From: Myxococcota bacterium
GTDB lineage: Bacteria > Myxococcota_A > UBA796 > SXON01
Length of the DNA stretch: 64,000 bases
Direction: 5' to 3'
NCBI GenBank assembly: GCA_040386535.1
Contig: JAZKFH010000015.1
Span: 64,001 to 128,000 of the forward strand
Made by a program: the position numbers and the translations under genes. The notes below the pieces were generated by a model. The model saw only the letters and a program-made list of their open reading frames with translations. It ran no database searches and had not been told where the DNA came from. Shown piece after piece: positions 30,888 through 40,960 of this stretch (the first letter of the stretch is position 1; each line of letters starts with the position of its first letter).

Positions 30888-32003
30888 TCAGGCCCGCAGC
30901 GCTCCGTCGAGCGCGTCGATCAGCCCGTCGATCTGGGCCTCGGTGTGCGCCGCGCTCACCGTGATCCGCACGCGCTCCCGGCCCCGCGGCACCGTCGGCC
31001 AGCGGATCCCGGCCACGTAGTAGCCCTTGTCGAGCAGCTGCTCGGCGACCGCCATCGTGCGTTCACCCGTGACGACGGGCACCACGTGCGCCTCGCCGAG
31101 CGCGGCGGCGCCGATCTGCCAGAGGCCCATGCGGAGCCGGCGCGTGTTGTGGGCGAGGCGCTCGCGCCGCTCGGCGTTTGCGAGGCGCAGCCCGACGAGC
31201 GCGGCGCGGGCCACGGGCTCGGGGAGGCCGGTGGTGTAGACGAACGTGCGGCCGAAGCTCACCAGGAGCTCGCGCAGCTCCGGGGGCCCGACGACGAAGG
31301 CCCCGACGACGCCGAGCGCCTTGCCGAGCGTGCCCATGAGGAAGTCGGGGACGACGCCCTTCGCAAGCGCCGCGCCGCGCCCGCCCGGGCCGAGGCAGCC
31401 GAACGTGTGTGACTCGTCGACCGCGAGCCAGTGGTCGCCCCCGAAGTAGCGGGGCAGGTCGAGCACGTCGCCGTCCATCGAGTAGAGGCCCTCGACCACG
31501 GCGAGGCGGGTGCCCGCGGGGATGTCGGGGCGCCCGTGCTCGAGGATGACCTTCTTCGCGCCGGAGAGCCGCACGCCGTCGATGATCGACGCGTGGTTCA
31601 GCGCGTCGGACGCCACCGTGTCCTCGGCGGTGAGGAGCGTCGTGAGCAGCGCGAGGTTGGCCGTGAACCCGCTGCCGAAGAGGGTGGCGGGGCGCCCGTA
31701 GAGCTCACCCAGGGCCTCCTCCAACGCGAGGTGCGCGGGGCGGTTGCCGCTGATGAGGCGGGACGCGCCGGCCCCGCCGCCGGTGTAGGCGGCGGCGATC
31801 TCGGGGTGCCCGGCGAGCCCGAGGTAGTCGTTGCTGCAGAACAGCGTGACGACGCGACCGTCGACCCGGGCCTCGGCGCCGTCGGTCGGCTCGACCAGCC
31901 GGAGGCGGCGGAGGAGCCCCTCCTTGCGCGCCGCGTCGACCCGCTCCGCGAGGACGGTGTAGCGGCTGGCGGGCCCGGCGCCGCTGGAGGCGCGATCGCT
32001 CAA
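30888..32003 (-). CDS. bioF: 8-amino-7-oxononanoate synthase
   Basis: TTG start overlapping the bioB stop; SNDYLGL, GASRL, LNHASIIDG, YSMDGD, GTLGKA, PTVP. Confidence 0.92.
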   Translation of the reverse strand: MSDRASSGAGPASRYTVLAERVDAARKEGLLRRLRLVEPTDGAEARVDGRVVTLFCSNDYLGLAGHPEIAAAYTGGGAGASRLISGNRPAHLALEEALGELYGRPATLFGSGFTANLALLTTLLTAEDTVASDALNHASIIDGVRLSGAKKVILEHGRPDIPAGTRLAVVEGLYSMDGDVLDLPRYFGGDHWLAVDESHTFGCLGPGGRGAALAKGVVPDFLMGTLGKALGVVGAFVVGPPELRELLVSFGRTFVYTTGLPEPVARAALVGLRLANAERRERLAHNTRRLRMGLWQIGAAALGEAHVVPVVTGERTMAVAEQLLDKGYYVAGIRWPTVPRGRERVRITVSAAHTEAQIDGLIDALDGALRA

Positions 32004-33058
32004 GCGACGCCGTTGCTGTCGGTGCCCTCGACGCGGACGGCCGGGCGGAGGCTCGGCGGGTGCGGCTTGTGCGGGGGCGGGCGGATGACGAGGCCCTCGG
32101 CCTCGAGCATGTCCAGATCCATGTCCGCGGGGCGGCCGGCCGTGGTGAGGTAGTTCCCGAGCATGACGCCGTTCGCGCCGGCGCGGAAGATCTCGGACTG
32201 GCGAGCGCCCATGTTCACGGCGCGGCCGCCGCACACGATGAGGTCCTTCGTGGGGAGGACCAGGCGGTAGAGCGCGATGATCCGGAGGCAGTCCTCGGGG
32301 GTCAGGTCGTGTTTGTCGCCCAGCGGCGTGCCTGGGCGCGGGTTCAGGAAGTTCAGCGGGACGCTGTCGACGTCGAGATCGCGGAGCTCCATCGCCAGCT
32401 CGACGCGCTGCTCCCACGACTCGCCCATGCCGAAGATGCCGCCGGAGCACGTGTACATGCCCAGCGACTTGGCGGCCTTGATCGTGTCGACCTCGTCGTC
32501 GTAGGTGTGGGTCTGCACGATGTTCGCGTGGAACGACCGCGCGGTCTCGAGGTTGTGGTGCACGCTCTGGAGGCCGGCGGACTGCAGCTCGGCGAGGCCG
32601 TCCTTCGACATGAGGCCGAGGGAGGCGCAGGTCTGCATCCCCGTCTCCGCGCGGATCGTGGCGACAGCCTCCTTGACGGCGTCGAGCTCCTTGCGGTTCG
32701 TCATCGCCCGGCCGCTCGCGACCAGGGAGAACTCGCGCACGCCATTGTTCCAGGCCTCGCGCGCCTCGGCGACCATCGTGCCCGCGTCCTTCATCTGGTA
32801 CTTCGGCGCGTCGGTCGTGTAGTGCGCCGACTGGCTGCAGAACGAGCACGCCTCGGCACACCGCCCACTCTTGGCGTTCGAGATGCCGCACGTGTTGACG
32901 AAGTTGCCCTTGTGCTCGTGCCGCACGGCCTGGGCGGTGGCCCAGAGCGCCTCGAGCTCGTCGGGATCGGTCAGCGCGAGGATGGCGCGGGCCTCGTCGT
33001 CCGAGATGCCCTCGCCACGCTCACCGCGCGCGCGAATGTCGGCCCAGTCCAAACGCAT
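32000..33058 (-). CDS. bioB: Biotin synthase (radical SAM)
   Basis: CAEACSFC, QSAHY, HNLET, CSGGIFGMGE, SVPLNFL. Confidence 0.96.
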   Translation of the reverse strand: MRLDWADIRARGERGEGISDDEARAILALTDPDELEALWATAQAVRHEHKGNFVNTCGISNAKSGRCAEACSFCSQSAHYTTDAPKYQMKDAGTMVAEAREAWNNGVREFSLVASGRAMTNRKELDAVKEAVATIRAETGMQTCASLGLMSKDGLAELQSAGLQSVHHNLETARSFHANIVQTHTYDDEVDTIKAAKSLGMYTCSGGIFGMGESWEQRVELAMELRDLDVDSVPLNFLNPRPGTPLGDKHDLTPEDCLRIIALYRLVLPTKDLIVCGGRAVNMGARQSEIFRAGANGVMLGNYLTTAGRPADMDLDMLEAEGLVIRPPPHKPHPPSLRPAVRVEGTDSNGVA

Positions 33059-33184
33059 CGGGAACTCCGGCAGGCCGGCCCCCTAGCGCGACGCGGCCTC
33101 CCGAGCCAGTCCGGAGGCGCTCCGGCGCATCGCGGAACACCACCGGCGGCCATCCGGGGACGGCGCGGGCCGCCCCCGGGGAGG

Positions 33185-33556
33185 CTACGACGCCTGCACC
33201 TGCTGCTCGACCTCGCGCAGGATCTGCGCGGCGGGGCCGGTGCGGTTGGCGCACAAGCAGCGCTTGTACGACTTCCAGAGCTCGGCCAGGTACGGGTCCT
33301 CGGCGAGGCGGTGCTCGTCGGGCTCGTTGTCGGTGATGGACAACTCGGCGCCACCCAGGGTGCGGCGCCGGTGGAGGGTGCGGAGGCCGTTGACGAAGTA
33401 GCTCGCGGCCTGAGGCTCGCCGCGACGGCGGAGCTCCATGAACACGCGCCAGAGAATGCTCTCCGGCAGAGAGGCAACGGTGTCGGGGGGAACTTTGAGG
33501 AGCCTCACTAGGTCACGGGTGGGGACTGAAAAGTCGATCTGGGGCACATCGTTCAT
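33185..33556 (-). CDS. Hypothetical protein
   Basis: Plausible helical ORF with GGAG RBS. Confidence 0.6.
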   Translation of the reverse strand: MNDVPQIDFSVPTRDLVRLLKVPPDTVASLPESILWRVFMELRRRGEPQAASYFVNGLRTLHRRRTLGGAELSITDNEPDEHRLAEDPYLAELWKSYKRCLCANRTGPAAQILREVEQQVQAS

Positions 33557-33750
33557 GCAAACTCCCGGTTTCGGCACGGGTGAGACGCACGTTCAGCATA
33601 CCACGCCCGGAGAGTCGTTCGCCTACGTCTGGTGCGGCCGGCCGGGATCGTAGGGTGTCAGCCAACTATCCGGCCTTCCGCTGGCTACGGCTCACGACGC
33701 CTCCCCGCCGGGCCCCCGCCGGGCTGCCGCCCGCCGGTTAGGCCGGAGGC

Positions 33751-34908
33751 ATGTGGTTCCTGCTCGCGGCCTGCGCCTTCCGTCCGCCCGCGGAGACGCC
33801 CGCGCTCGTCGCCGCAGAGGGCCCGGTGCAGACCCTCCCGCTGCCCGCCGGCGAGGCCGTCCGGGTGGCCCTCCGCGCCGGCAGCGCCCACGATCCGCCC
33901 GGGCGGGAGGGCCTCGCCTGGGTCACGGCCCACGCCATCGCGGCGTCGGCCGGCGCGACCGTCGAGGTCGGCCCCGAGGTCATCGTCTTCTCCGTGTCCG
34001 CGGAGAGCGTGCCCGCCCTGGCCCTGGCGCTCGCCGCCCCCCCTTCGCCGGAGCGGATCGCCGCCGCGCGCCTCAACGCGGCCCAGGCGCTCGCCGACCT
34101 CGATTGCCGGGCGCTGGCAGAGCGCGCGTGGGACACCTGGATCTACACGGGGCACCCCTACGGCCACGCCCCCGAGGGTCGCCTCTCCGTGCTCCCGACC
34201 CTTACGGCGCAGGAGGTCGCGGCGTTTCAAGAGGTCCGGTACGTCCGCAGCGTAGCCGTCGTGGGCATCCCCGCCGGCGCGCCCGTCGATCCCGCCCTGT
34301 TCGGCTCGTTGCCCCCGCGGCTGTCCGTCTCACCCGTGCCCTCGGTGCGCTTGCCGCTCCCGGCCGCCAAAGTGCTCGTGGTCACCGCGGAGGGCAAACG
34401 TTGCCTCGTGGCGGGCCACCCCACCGCGGCGGACGCGGTTCCCGCCCCCACGGTCGACGCGCTGCTCGCCGGCCCCGACGCCTCCGTGGCCGCGCGCCGC
34501 CGCCAGCCTCGCCGCCTCGTCGCGCTCCCGCTCCCGCCCGGCTTCGACATCGCCCCCCGCGTCACCCAGGTGCTCGACGGTGCGTGGCTCCCCCTCTGGC
34601 AGGCCACCCGGGTCTTCGCGCCCGAGGCCACCGTCCCCGCCGCGAACGCGCTCGGGGACGAGCTGCTCGCCATGCACCCCTGGCCCTCGCTCGCGCGGCC
34701 CCTCGTGGGGAGCACGGGCACCACCACGTCGGACGTGACCACCGGCGCCGCCCCCACCGAGCCGGTCGACGCGTTGCTGGCCGCGTGGCTCACGCCTTCC
34801 CAGACGCGGGCGGTCGTGGTGCTGCCGGCCGACGAGCCGGCCGTCCTTGAATCTCTCGGCGCCCTGGGCGTCCAAGCGGCATTGCCCGCACAGGAGTTGT
34901 TCCAATGA
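33751..34908 (+). CDS. Degenerate M16 (insulinase)-family protein, probable lipoprotein
   Basis: RAGSAHDPPGREGLAW, GHPYG; no HxxEH. Confidence 0.65.
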   Translation: MWFLLAACAFRPPAETPALVAAEGPVQTLPLPAGEAVRVALRAGSAHDPPGREGLAWVTAHAIAASAGATVEVGPEVIVFSVSAESVPALALALAAPPSPERIAAARLNAAQALADLDCRALAERAWDTWIYTGHPYGHAPEGRLSVLPTLTAQEVAAFQEVRYVRSVAVVGIPAGAPVDPALFGSLPPRLSVSPVPSVRLPLPAAKVLVVTAEGKRCLVAGHPTAADAVPAPTVDALLAGPDASVAARRRQPRRLVALPLPPGFDIAPRVTQVLDGAWLPLWQATRVFAPEATVPAANALGDELLAMHPWPSLARPLVGSTGTTTSDVTTGAAPTEPVDALLAAWLTPSQTRAVVVLPADEPAVLESLGALGVQAALPAQELFQ

Positions 34909-35720
34909 TCCTCGCTCTCCTCCTCGGTTGCACCAGCGGCGACTTCTCCGCGTTCGTGCCGACGGTGAAGTTCCAACGCCTGGATCTCACGAGCATCGAT
35001 TTCGAGCGCATCAACGTCGACTTCGTGTTCGACATCGACAACCCCAACCCGATCGACATTCCGCTCTCGAGCTTCAGCTACGCGCTCGGCTTCGAGGGCG
35101 TGGAGGTGCTCTCGGGCGACGATCCGGACGGCCTGCAGATCGGCGCCGAGGGCACCAGCGAGCTCGCGCTCCCCATCGGGATCGACTTCGCCAACATCTT
35201 CGACGCCGCCACCGCCACGCGAGGGCTCGACTACATCGGGTTCGGCCTCCAGGGGAACTTCGGCTTCGACACCGACCTCGGCCCCGTCGCGATCGAGTTC
35301 GACGAGGAAGGGTCGTTCCCGGCGCTCCGCCTGCCGAAGTTCGACCTCGGGCAGCTGCGCGTCGAGTCCGCGTCGGGTACCGGCGTCGGGCTCGGGCTCG
35401 ACGTGAACATCGACAACGATCTCGGGTCGACGCTCGACTTCTCCAACCTCGACTTCACGATGAAGGTCGCCGGCGTCCGGCTCGGCGGGGGCACGATGGC
35501 GGTGGTCGACGAGGTGCCCGGCGCCTCGGTGAAGAAGGTCACGATCCCGCTCACCGTCGACTTCGAGGACGCCGCGAACGCGCTCGGCTCCGTCGCGAGC
35601 GGCGACCAGATCACGCTCGAGCTCGACGCGCTCATGGACGTCGACACGCCGTTCGGCGTGTTGCCCCTCTCGGTAGACGAGCGGGGCGATGTCGAGCTGG
35701 TCGACGAGACCTCGCGCTAG
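34905..35720 (+). CDS. LEA type 2 (WHy) domain lipoprotein, tandem domains
   Basis: LLLGC lipobox; IDNPNPIDI motif; second repeat IDNDL. Confidence 0.82.
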   Translation: MILALLLGCTSGDFSAFVPTVKFQRLDLTSIDFERINVDFVFDIDNPNPIDIPLSSFSYALGFEGVEVLSGDDPDGLQIGAEGTSELALPIGIDFANIFDAATATRGLDYIGFGLQGNFGFDTDLGPVAIEFDEEGSFPALRLPKFDLGQLRVESASGTGVGLGLDVNIDNDLGSTLDFSNLDFTMKVAGVRLGGGTMAVVDEVPGASVKKVTIPLTVDFEDAANALGSVASGDQITLELDALMDVDTPFGVLPLSVDERGDVELVDETSR

Positions 35721-35774
35721 CGTGGTAAGCGCGGCGTGAAAGCCGTTCGAGAGGAAATCGGGTAGCATCGGGCC

Positions 35775-37022
35775 ATGCCCATCTCCGAGTCCCTGACGCC
35801 CCGCGACATGCGCGGGCGGGCCCCGAACGAAGACGCCCTCGGGTTCGACCGCCTCGCCCGCTCCTTTTTGCGCACGCTCGTCCGCCAGGGCGCGGGCACC
35901 GTGGCCCACGTGCAGGGCGCGCCCGGCTCCGGCAAGACCGAGTTCATGCGGCGGTGCATGCACTTCGTGGAGATCGAGCGCGAGGCCCTCGGCGGCGACA
36001 TCGCGCCCGAGGTGTTCGGGGTGACCGCCTGGTACAACCCCTGGGTGTACGCCAAGCAGGGCAACCTGCTGGCCGGGCTCGTGGCGACCATCGCGCGCAC
36101 CGGCGGTACGAACAACCCCAGCCTGATCGACCGCGCGCGCGACATCGTCAGCCAGATGAACCGCATGCGCTTCGACGGCACCGTGCCCGAGAGCGCGGGC
36201 TCGGCGCTGACCCCCAACGACGCCGATCCCGTCGACCGCATGCGGCGTGGGCTGGTCCAGCTCGTCGAGCTGGTCAAGCAGAACCAGCGTGGCCGCCTCG
36301 TCGTGTTCGTGGCCGACCTCGACCAGCTCCCGGCGCCGGTGCGCCTGGCCTTCCTCGACGGCGTGCGCCTGCTGCTCGGCGGCGGCGCCGACATCGCGGT
36401 CGTCGTGTCGATGGGCCGCGAGGCCGGCCTCGCGTCCATCCGCTCGCGCGAGGGAGAGATCTCCACGCTCGCCGCGACCCGCATCCTCGACGAGATGGTC
36501 GACTTCACCGTCACCGTGCCGAAGGTCGACATCCGCCGCATCGGCAGCCTGTTGCGCCGCTACATCGGCGCCAACGAGATCGTGGTGCGGCGGGCCTTCG
36601 GGGAGGAGGCGATCAACGCGCTCACCGTGGCGGCGTCGCATCGCCAACTCGGCATCCCGCGCTTCCTCGAGCGGCTCTCGGCGCGGGTGCTGATGCTCTC
36701 CGACTACACCCTGGAGTCGCGCGCGATGCGCGAGCTCTCCGAGGCGCAGTGGTCGTGGGTGGTGCTCTCCGAGCGCTGGCCGGAGTTCCGCCGGTTCATG
36801 ATCCGCGGCGGCAAGGACCGCTGGCTCCAGCTCAAGCAGGCCGTGGCGGCCATGAACCCGGACGGCTCGCCGTCACGCGCGGGGGCGCCCGCCGAGATCG
36901 TGGACTGGCTGCGCCAGGACCCCCTGCTCGCGGACTACCTGCGCCTGCATGCCGACGGGCTCGACCGCGACAACATGGGTGTCTACTGGGTGGAAGACAC
37001 GTTGTTGCAAGCAGGGTTGTAG
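35775..37022 (+). CDS. KAP-family P-loop NTPase
   Basis: DALGF N-terminus, GAPGSGKT Walker A, YNPW, LVVFVADLDQL Walker B-like, IPR. Confidence 0.75.
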   Translation: MPISESLTPRDMRGRAPNEDALGFDRLARSFLRTLVRQGAGTVAHVQGAPGSGKTEFMRRCMHFVEIEREALGGDIAPEVFGVTAWYNPWVYAKQGNLLAGLVATIARTGGTNNPSLIDRARDIVSQMNRMRFDGTVPESAGSALTPNDADPVDRMRRGLVQLVELVKQNQRGRLVVFVADLDQLPAPVRLAFLDGVRLLLGGGADIAVVVSMGREAGLASIRSREGEISTLAATRILDEMVDFTVTVPKVDIRRIGSLLRRYIGANEIVVRRAFGEEAINALTVAASHRQLGIPRFLERLSARVLMLSDYTLESRAMRELSEAQWSWVVLSERWPEFRRFMIRGGKDRWLQLKQAVAAMNPDGSPSRAGAPAEIVDWLRQDPLLADYLRLHADGLDRDNMGVYWVEDTLLQAGL

Positions 37023-37112
37023 GCAGGCGGGCCGGCTCTCCTCCGTCCGCCCGTCGAAGAACGTGCGCGGTAGAGGCCGTGGATGCTTGCCGTGGGGGCG
37101 CGCGGAGCATAG

Positions 37113-37132
37113 CTGAATGAGGATTCATTCAG
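37113..37132. promoter_or_regulatory. FadR(YsiA)-like TetR operator
   Basis: CTGAATGA-GGAT-TCATTCAG overlapping the RBS of the fadN-like gene. Confidence 0.7.
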
Positions 37133-37142
37133 GAGCGTCCGA

Positions 37143-39509
37143 ATGGCCATCAAGAAGGTCGCCGTCCTCGGGGCTGGCGTGATGGGGCAGGGCATCGCGG
37201 CTCACCTCGCCAACGCGGGCATCGACAGCCTGCTGTACGACATCCCCCCCAAGGAAGGAAATGATCCCCGCGCCGTCGCGAAGGCGGGCATCGCCAACCT
37301 ACCCAAGCTCAAGCCCGCCGCGCTCTACCGCGCCGCGGACGTGTCGCGGATCAGCCCGTGCGAGTACGAGGCCGACAAGGCCCGCCTCGCCGAGTGTGAC
37401 GTGATCATCGAGGTGGTCGCGGAGGTCCTCCCGATCAAGAAGAAGGTGTTCGCCTGGGTCGCGGCCAACCGCAAGCCCGGCAGCATCGTCTCCTCGAACA
37501 CCTCCGGCATCCCCATCGCGGCGATGACGGACGGCATGCCCGAGGAGCTGCGCCAGCACTTCCTCGTGACGCACTTCTTCAACCCCGTGCGCTACATGCG
37601 GCTCCTCGAGCTCGTCACGGGCCCGGAGACCAAGGCGGACGTTGTCGCCACGTGGCACGACTTCGGCGAGCGCGTGCTCGGCAAGGGCATCGTCTACGGC
37701 AAGGACACGCCGGCGTTCATCGCGAACCGCATCGGCACGTTCGGCATCACCTCGATCTTCCGGCACATGGTGGCCGGCGGCTTCACCGTCGAGCAGGTCG
37801 ACATGATCTGGGGCAAGCCCACGGGCCGCCCCGCCTCCGCCGTGTTCCGCACCGGCGATCTCGTCGGCCTGGACACGCTCAAGCACGTCATCGAGGGCAT
37901 CCACGCCGGGTGCCCGAACGACGAGCAGCGCGACACGTTCGTGGTGCCCGACTACCTCTCGGCCCTCATCGACCGCGGCGCGCTCGGCGAGAAGTCCGGC
38001 GCGGGCTTCTACAAGAAGGTGAAGAAGGAAGACGGCACGAGCGAGATCCTCGTGTTCGACCTCGGCACCCGCGAGTACCGCTCGCAGACCAAGGCGCGCT
38101 TCGACAGCCTCGGCGCGGCCCGCAAGGCGGAGAGCCCCGCCGAGAGCCTCAAGATCATCCTCAAGGGCACCGACGCCGCCGCGAAGTTCGTGTGGGACGT
38201 GACCGCCGACACCCTCATCTACGCGGCCAACCGCGTGGGCGAGATCGCGGACGACATCGTCAACATCGACCGCGGCATGCGCTGGGGCTTCGCCTGGGAC
38301 ATGGGCCCCTTCGAGAGCTGGGACGCCATCGGCGTGCCCGAGTCCGTGGCCCGCATGGAGGCCGAGGGCCGCGTGGTGCCGAAGTGGGTCAAGGACATGC
38401 TCGCCAGCGGGCGCACGTCCTTCTACGAGCGCGCCGCCACCGGCGAGAAGGAGCGGACCTTCTACACGGGCGGCGTAAAGCGCGTCCCGCAGAGCAACGG
38501 GCAGCTCCTCCTCGACGACGTGCGGGCGCGCGGCGGCGAAGTGGCGCGGAACGTGTCGGCGTCCATCCTCGACCTCGGGGACGGCGTGGCCTGCCTCGAG
38601 TTCCACAGCAAGATGAACGCGTTGGACGATCAGATCTTCCCCATGTACGAGAAGGCGCTCGACCTGCTCGACGCCGGGAAGTTCGACGCGCTGGTCGTCG
38701 GGAACCAGGGCGGCAACGCGTTCTGCGCGGGTGCCAACATCCTGATGATCCTGATGGGCGCGATGCAGCAGGACTGGAAGTCCATCGGCGACAGCGTCAC
38801 CGGCCTGCAGAACCTGCTCATGCGCGCCAAGTACAGCGACAAGCCCGTCGTCACCGCGCCCTGGGGCCTGACCCTCGGCGGCGGCGTCGAGGTCACCATG
38901 CACTCCGCGGCCACCCAGGGCGCGGGCGAGCTCTACGCCGGCCTCGTCGAGGTGGGCGTGGGCCTCATCCCCGCCGGCGGCGGCTGCAAGGAGATGTTGG
39001 CCCGCTACATGGGCGACATCCCCGCGGGCGTGGCGTACGACCCGAACCCGTTCGTGCAGAAGGCGTTCGAACACATCGCGATGGCGAAGGTCGCCACGAG
39101 CGGCGAGGAGGCCCGCGACGCCGGGTTCCTGCGGCCCTCCGACCGCCTCACGCTCGACGCCGACCGCCAGATCGGGGACGCGAAGCGCCTCGCCCTGGGC
39201 CTCGTCCAGGCGGGCTACAAGGCGCCCCGCCAGAAGACGTTCAAGCTCCCGGGCGCGTCCGGTCGCGCGGCGATCGAGCTGTTCCTCTACCAGATGCGCG
39301 AGGGCGGGTTCATCACCCCCTACGACATCGTGGTGTCGAAGAAGCTCGCGTGGGTGCTGACCGGCGGCGACATCCCGAACAACGCGGTCCGCACCGAGCA
39401 GGACATCCTCGATCTCGAGCGCGAGGCGTTCCTCTCGCTCTGCGGCAACGCCGAGACCGTGGCCCGCATCCAGCACATGCTCGAGAAGGGCAAGCCCCTC
39501 CGCAACTAG
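37143..39509 (+). CDS. fadN: 3-hydroxyacyl-CoA dehydrogenase/enoyl-CoA hydratase (FadN-type)
   Basis: GAGVMG, SNTSG, THFFNP.RYM, FHSKMN, GLVEVGVG, terminal GKPLRN. Confidence 0.9.
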   Translation: MAIKKVAVLGAGVMGQGIAAHLANAGIDSLLYDIPPKEGNDPRAVAKAGIANLPKLKPAALYRAADVSRISPCEYEADKARLAECDVIIEVVAEVLPIKKKVFAWVAANRKPGSIVSSNTSGIPIAAMTDGMPEELRQHFLVTHFFNPVRYMRLLELVTGPETKADVVATWHDFGERVLGKGIVYGKDTPAFIANRIGTFGITSIFRHMVAGGFTVEQVDMIWGKPTGRPASAVFRTGDLVGLDTLKHVIEGIHAGCPNDEQRDTFVVPDYLSALIDRGALGEKSGAGFYKKVKKEDGTSEILVFDLGTREYRSQTKARFDSLGAARKAESPAESLKIILKGTDAAAKFVWDVTADTLIYAANRVGEIADDIVNIDRGMRWGFAWDMGPFESWDAIGVPESVARMEAEGRVVPKWVKDMLASGRTSFYERAATGEKERTFYTGGVKRVPQSNGQLLLDDVRARGGEVARNVSASILDLGDGVACLEFHSKMNALDDQIFPMYEKALDLLDAGKFDALVVGNQGGNAFCAGANILMILMGAMQQDWKSIGDSVTGLQNLLMRAKYSDKPVVTAPWGLTLGGGVEVTMHSAATQGAGELYAGLVEVGVGLIPAGGGCKEMLARYMGDIPAGVAYDPNPFVQKAFEHIAMAKVATSGEEARDAGFLRPSDRLTLDADRQIGDAKRLALGLVQAGYKAPRQKTFKLPGASGRAAIELFLYQMREGGFITPYDIVVSKKLAWVLTGGDIPNNAVRTEQDILDLEREAFLSLCGNAETVARIQHMLEKGKPLRN

Positions 39510-39547
39510 CCCTTCGGCAGCCGGTCCGTCCGGCAACAGGAGATCCC

Positions 39548-40717
39548 ATGCGTCAGCGTGAAGTCGTCGTCGTCGCCGCGGTTCGTTCCGCGGTCGGGAA
39601 GAGCGGGCGCGGCAGCCTCAAGGACACCCGTCCGGACGAGCTGCTGGGCCAGGTCATGCGCGGAGCGCTCGCGAAGGTGCCGGGGCTCGATCCCGCCCTC
39701 ATCGACGACGTGGTCATGGGCTCCGCCATGCCCGAGGCCGAGCAGGGCATGAACGTCGCGCGCATCGCGTCGTTCATCGCCGGCCTGCCCGACAGCGTGT
39801 CGGCCGTCACCGTGAACCGCTTCTGCAGCTCCGGCCTCCAGTCCCTCGCGCAGGCCGCTTCGGCGATCAGCGCCGGGTGGCAGGACGTCGCGCTCACCGG
39901 CGGCGTCGAGAGCATGAGCCAGATCGCGATGGGCGGCCAGAAGCCGTCGCCGCACCCGGGCCTCATGGAGACCCGCCCCGAGGCCTACACCCCGATGGGC
40001 ATCACCGCGGAGAACGTCGCGGAGCGCTTCGGCGTGACCCGCGAGGAGCAGGACCGTTTCGCGGTCGCCTCCCACCAGAAGGCGCTCGCCGCCATCCGGG
40101 AGGGCCGCTTCGTCGACGAGATCATCCCCATCCAGACCCGCGTCTCGACCGACGGCGGCTGGAAGGACCTGACCTTCTCGGTCGACGAGGGGCCGCGCGG
40201 CGACACGTCGTTCGAGGGGCTCTCGAAGCTCAAGCCGGCGTTCAAGGTGGGCGGCACGGCCACGGCCGGCAACTCGTCCCAGACGAGCGACGGCGCGGCC
40301 GCCACCATCATCATGGCGCGGGAAGTGGCGGAGCGCCTCGGCCTTCCCATCCTCGGCGTGCTGCGCTCCTACCAGGTGGCCGGCGTGCCCCCCGAGATCA
40401 TGGGCATCGGCCCCGTGGCGGCGATCCCCAAGGCCCTCGCCAAGGCGGGCCTGACCGTCGCCGACATCGATCTGGTCGAGCTCAACGAGGCGTTCGCCGC
40501 CCAGGCCGTCTACTGCGTGCGCGAGCTCGGCTTCGACCCGGCCAAGGTCAACGTGAACGGCGGGGCCATCGCCCTCGGCCACCCCCTCGGCTGCTCCGGC
40601 GCCAAGCTCGTCGCCTCGCTCCTGCACGAGATGCCGCGCCGCAACGCGCGCTACGGCGTCGTGAGCATGTGCATCGGCGGGGGGATGGGGGCTGCCGCTG
40701 TGTTCGAGCGCGAATAG
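39548..40717 (+). CDS. fadA: Acetyl-CoA C-acyltransferase
   Basis: MPEAEQG.N.AR, NRFCSSG, NEAF, GHPLG, CIGGG. Confidence 0.92.
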   Translation: MRQREVVVVAAVRSAVGKSGRGSLKDTRPDELLGQVMRGALAKVPGLDPALIDDVVMGSAMPEAEQGMNVARIASFIAGLPDSVSAVTVNRFCSSGLQSLAQAASAISAGWQDVALTGGVESMSQIAMGGQKPSPHPGLMETRPEAYTPMGITAENVAERFGVTREEQDRFAVASHQKALAAIREGRFVDEIIPIQTRVSTDGGWKDLTFSVDEGPRGDTSFEGLSKLKPAFKVGGTATAGNSSQTSDGAAATIIMAREVAERLGLPILGVLRSYQVAGVPPEIMGIGPVAAIPKALAKAGLTVADIDLVELNEAFAAQAVYCVRELGFDPAKVNVNGGAIALGHPLGCSGAKLVASLLHEMPRRNARYGVVSMCIGGGMGAAAVFERE

Positions 40718-40788
40718 CGCTCGATAGGGGGCGCTCGATAATCACGCTTCCCCCGCAGGGAAGGCGCTCCGACGAATGATCGGGGAAC

Positions 40789-40833
40789 AGGGGTGAAGAT
40801 GCAAAATGTTGCGTCTTCACCCCTTTCGTTTGT
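40789..40833 (+). terminator. 16-bp hairpin followed by T-rich tract (terminator or REP-like)
   Basis: AGGGGTGAAGATGCAA-AATG-TTGCGTCTTCACCCCT then TTCGTTTGT, downstream of fadA. Confidence 0.6.
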
Positions 40834-40960
40834 GAGGCTGCACAGCGCGACGTCATGGGACGAATGGCGGGGACTCGGGGTTCAGGGGGCTCCGCCCACG
40901 CCGGTGGGGGGCGCACAAGCGTCCATGCCGGCGCTACACTGAGTCAGTTCCCGGACAACG

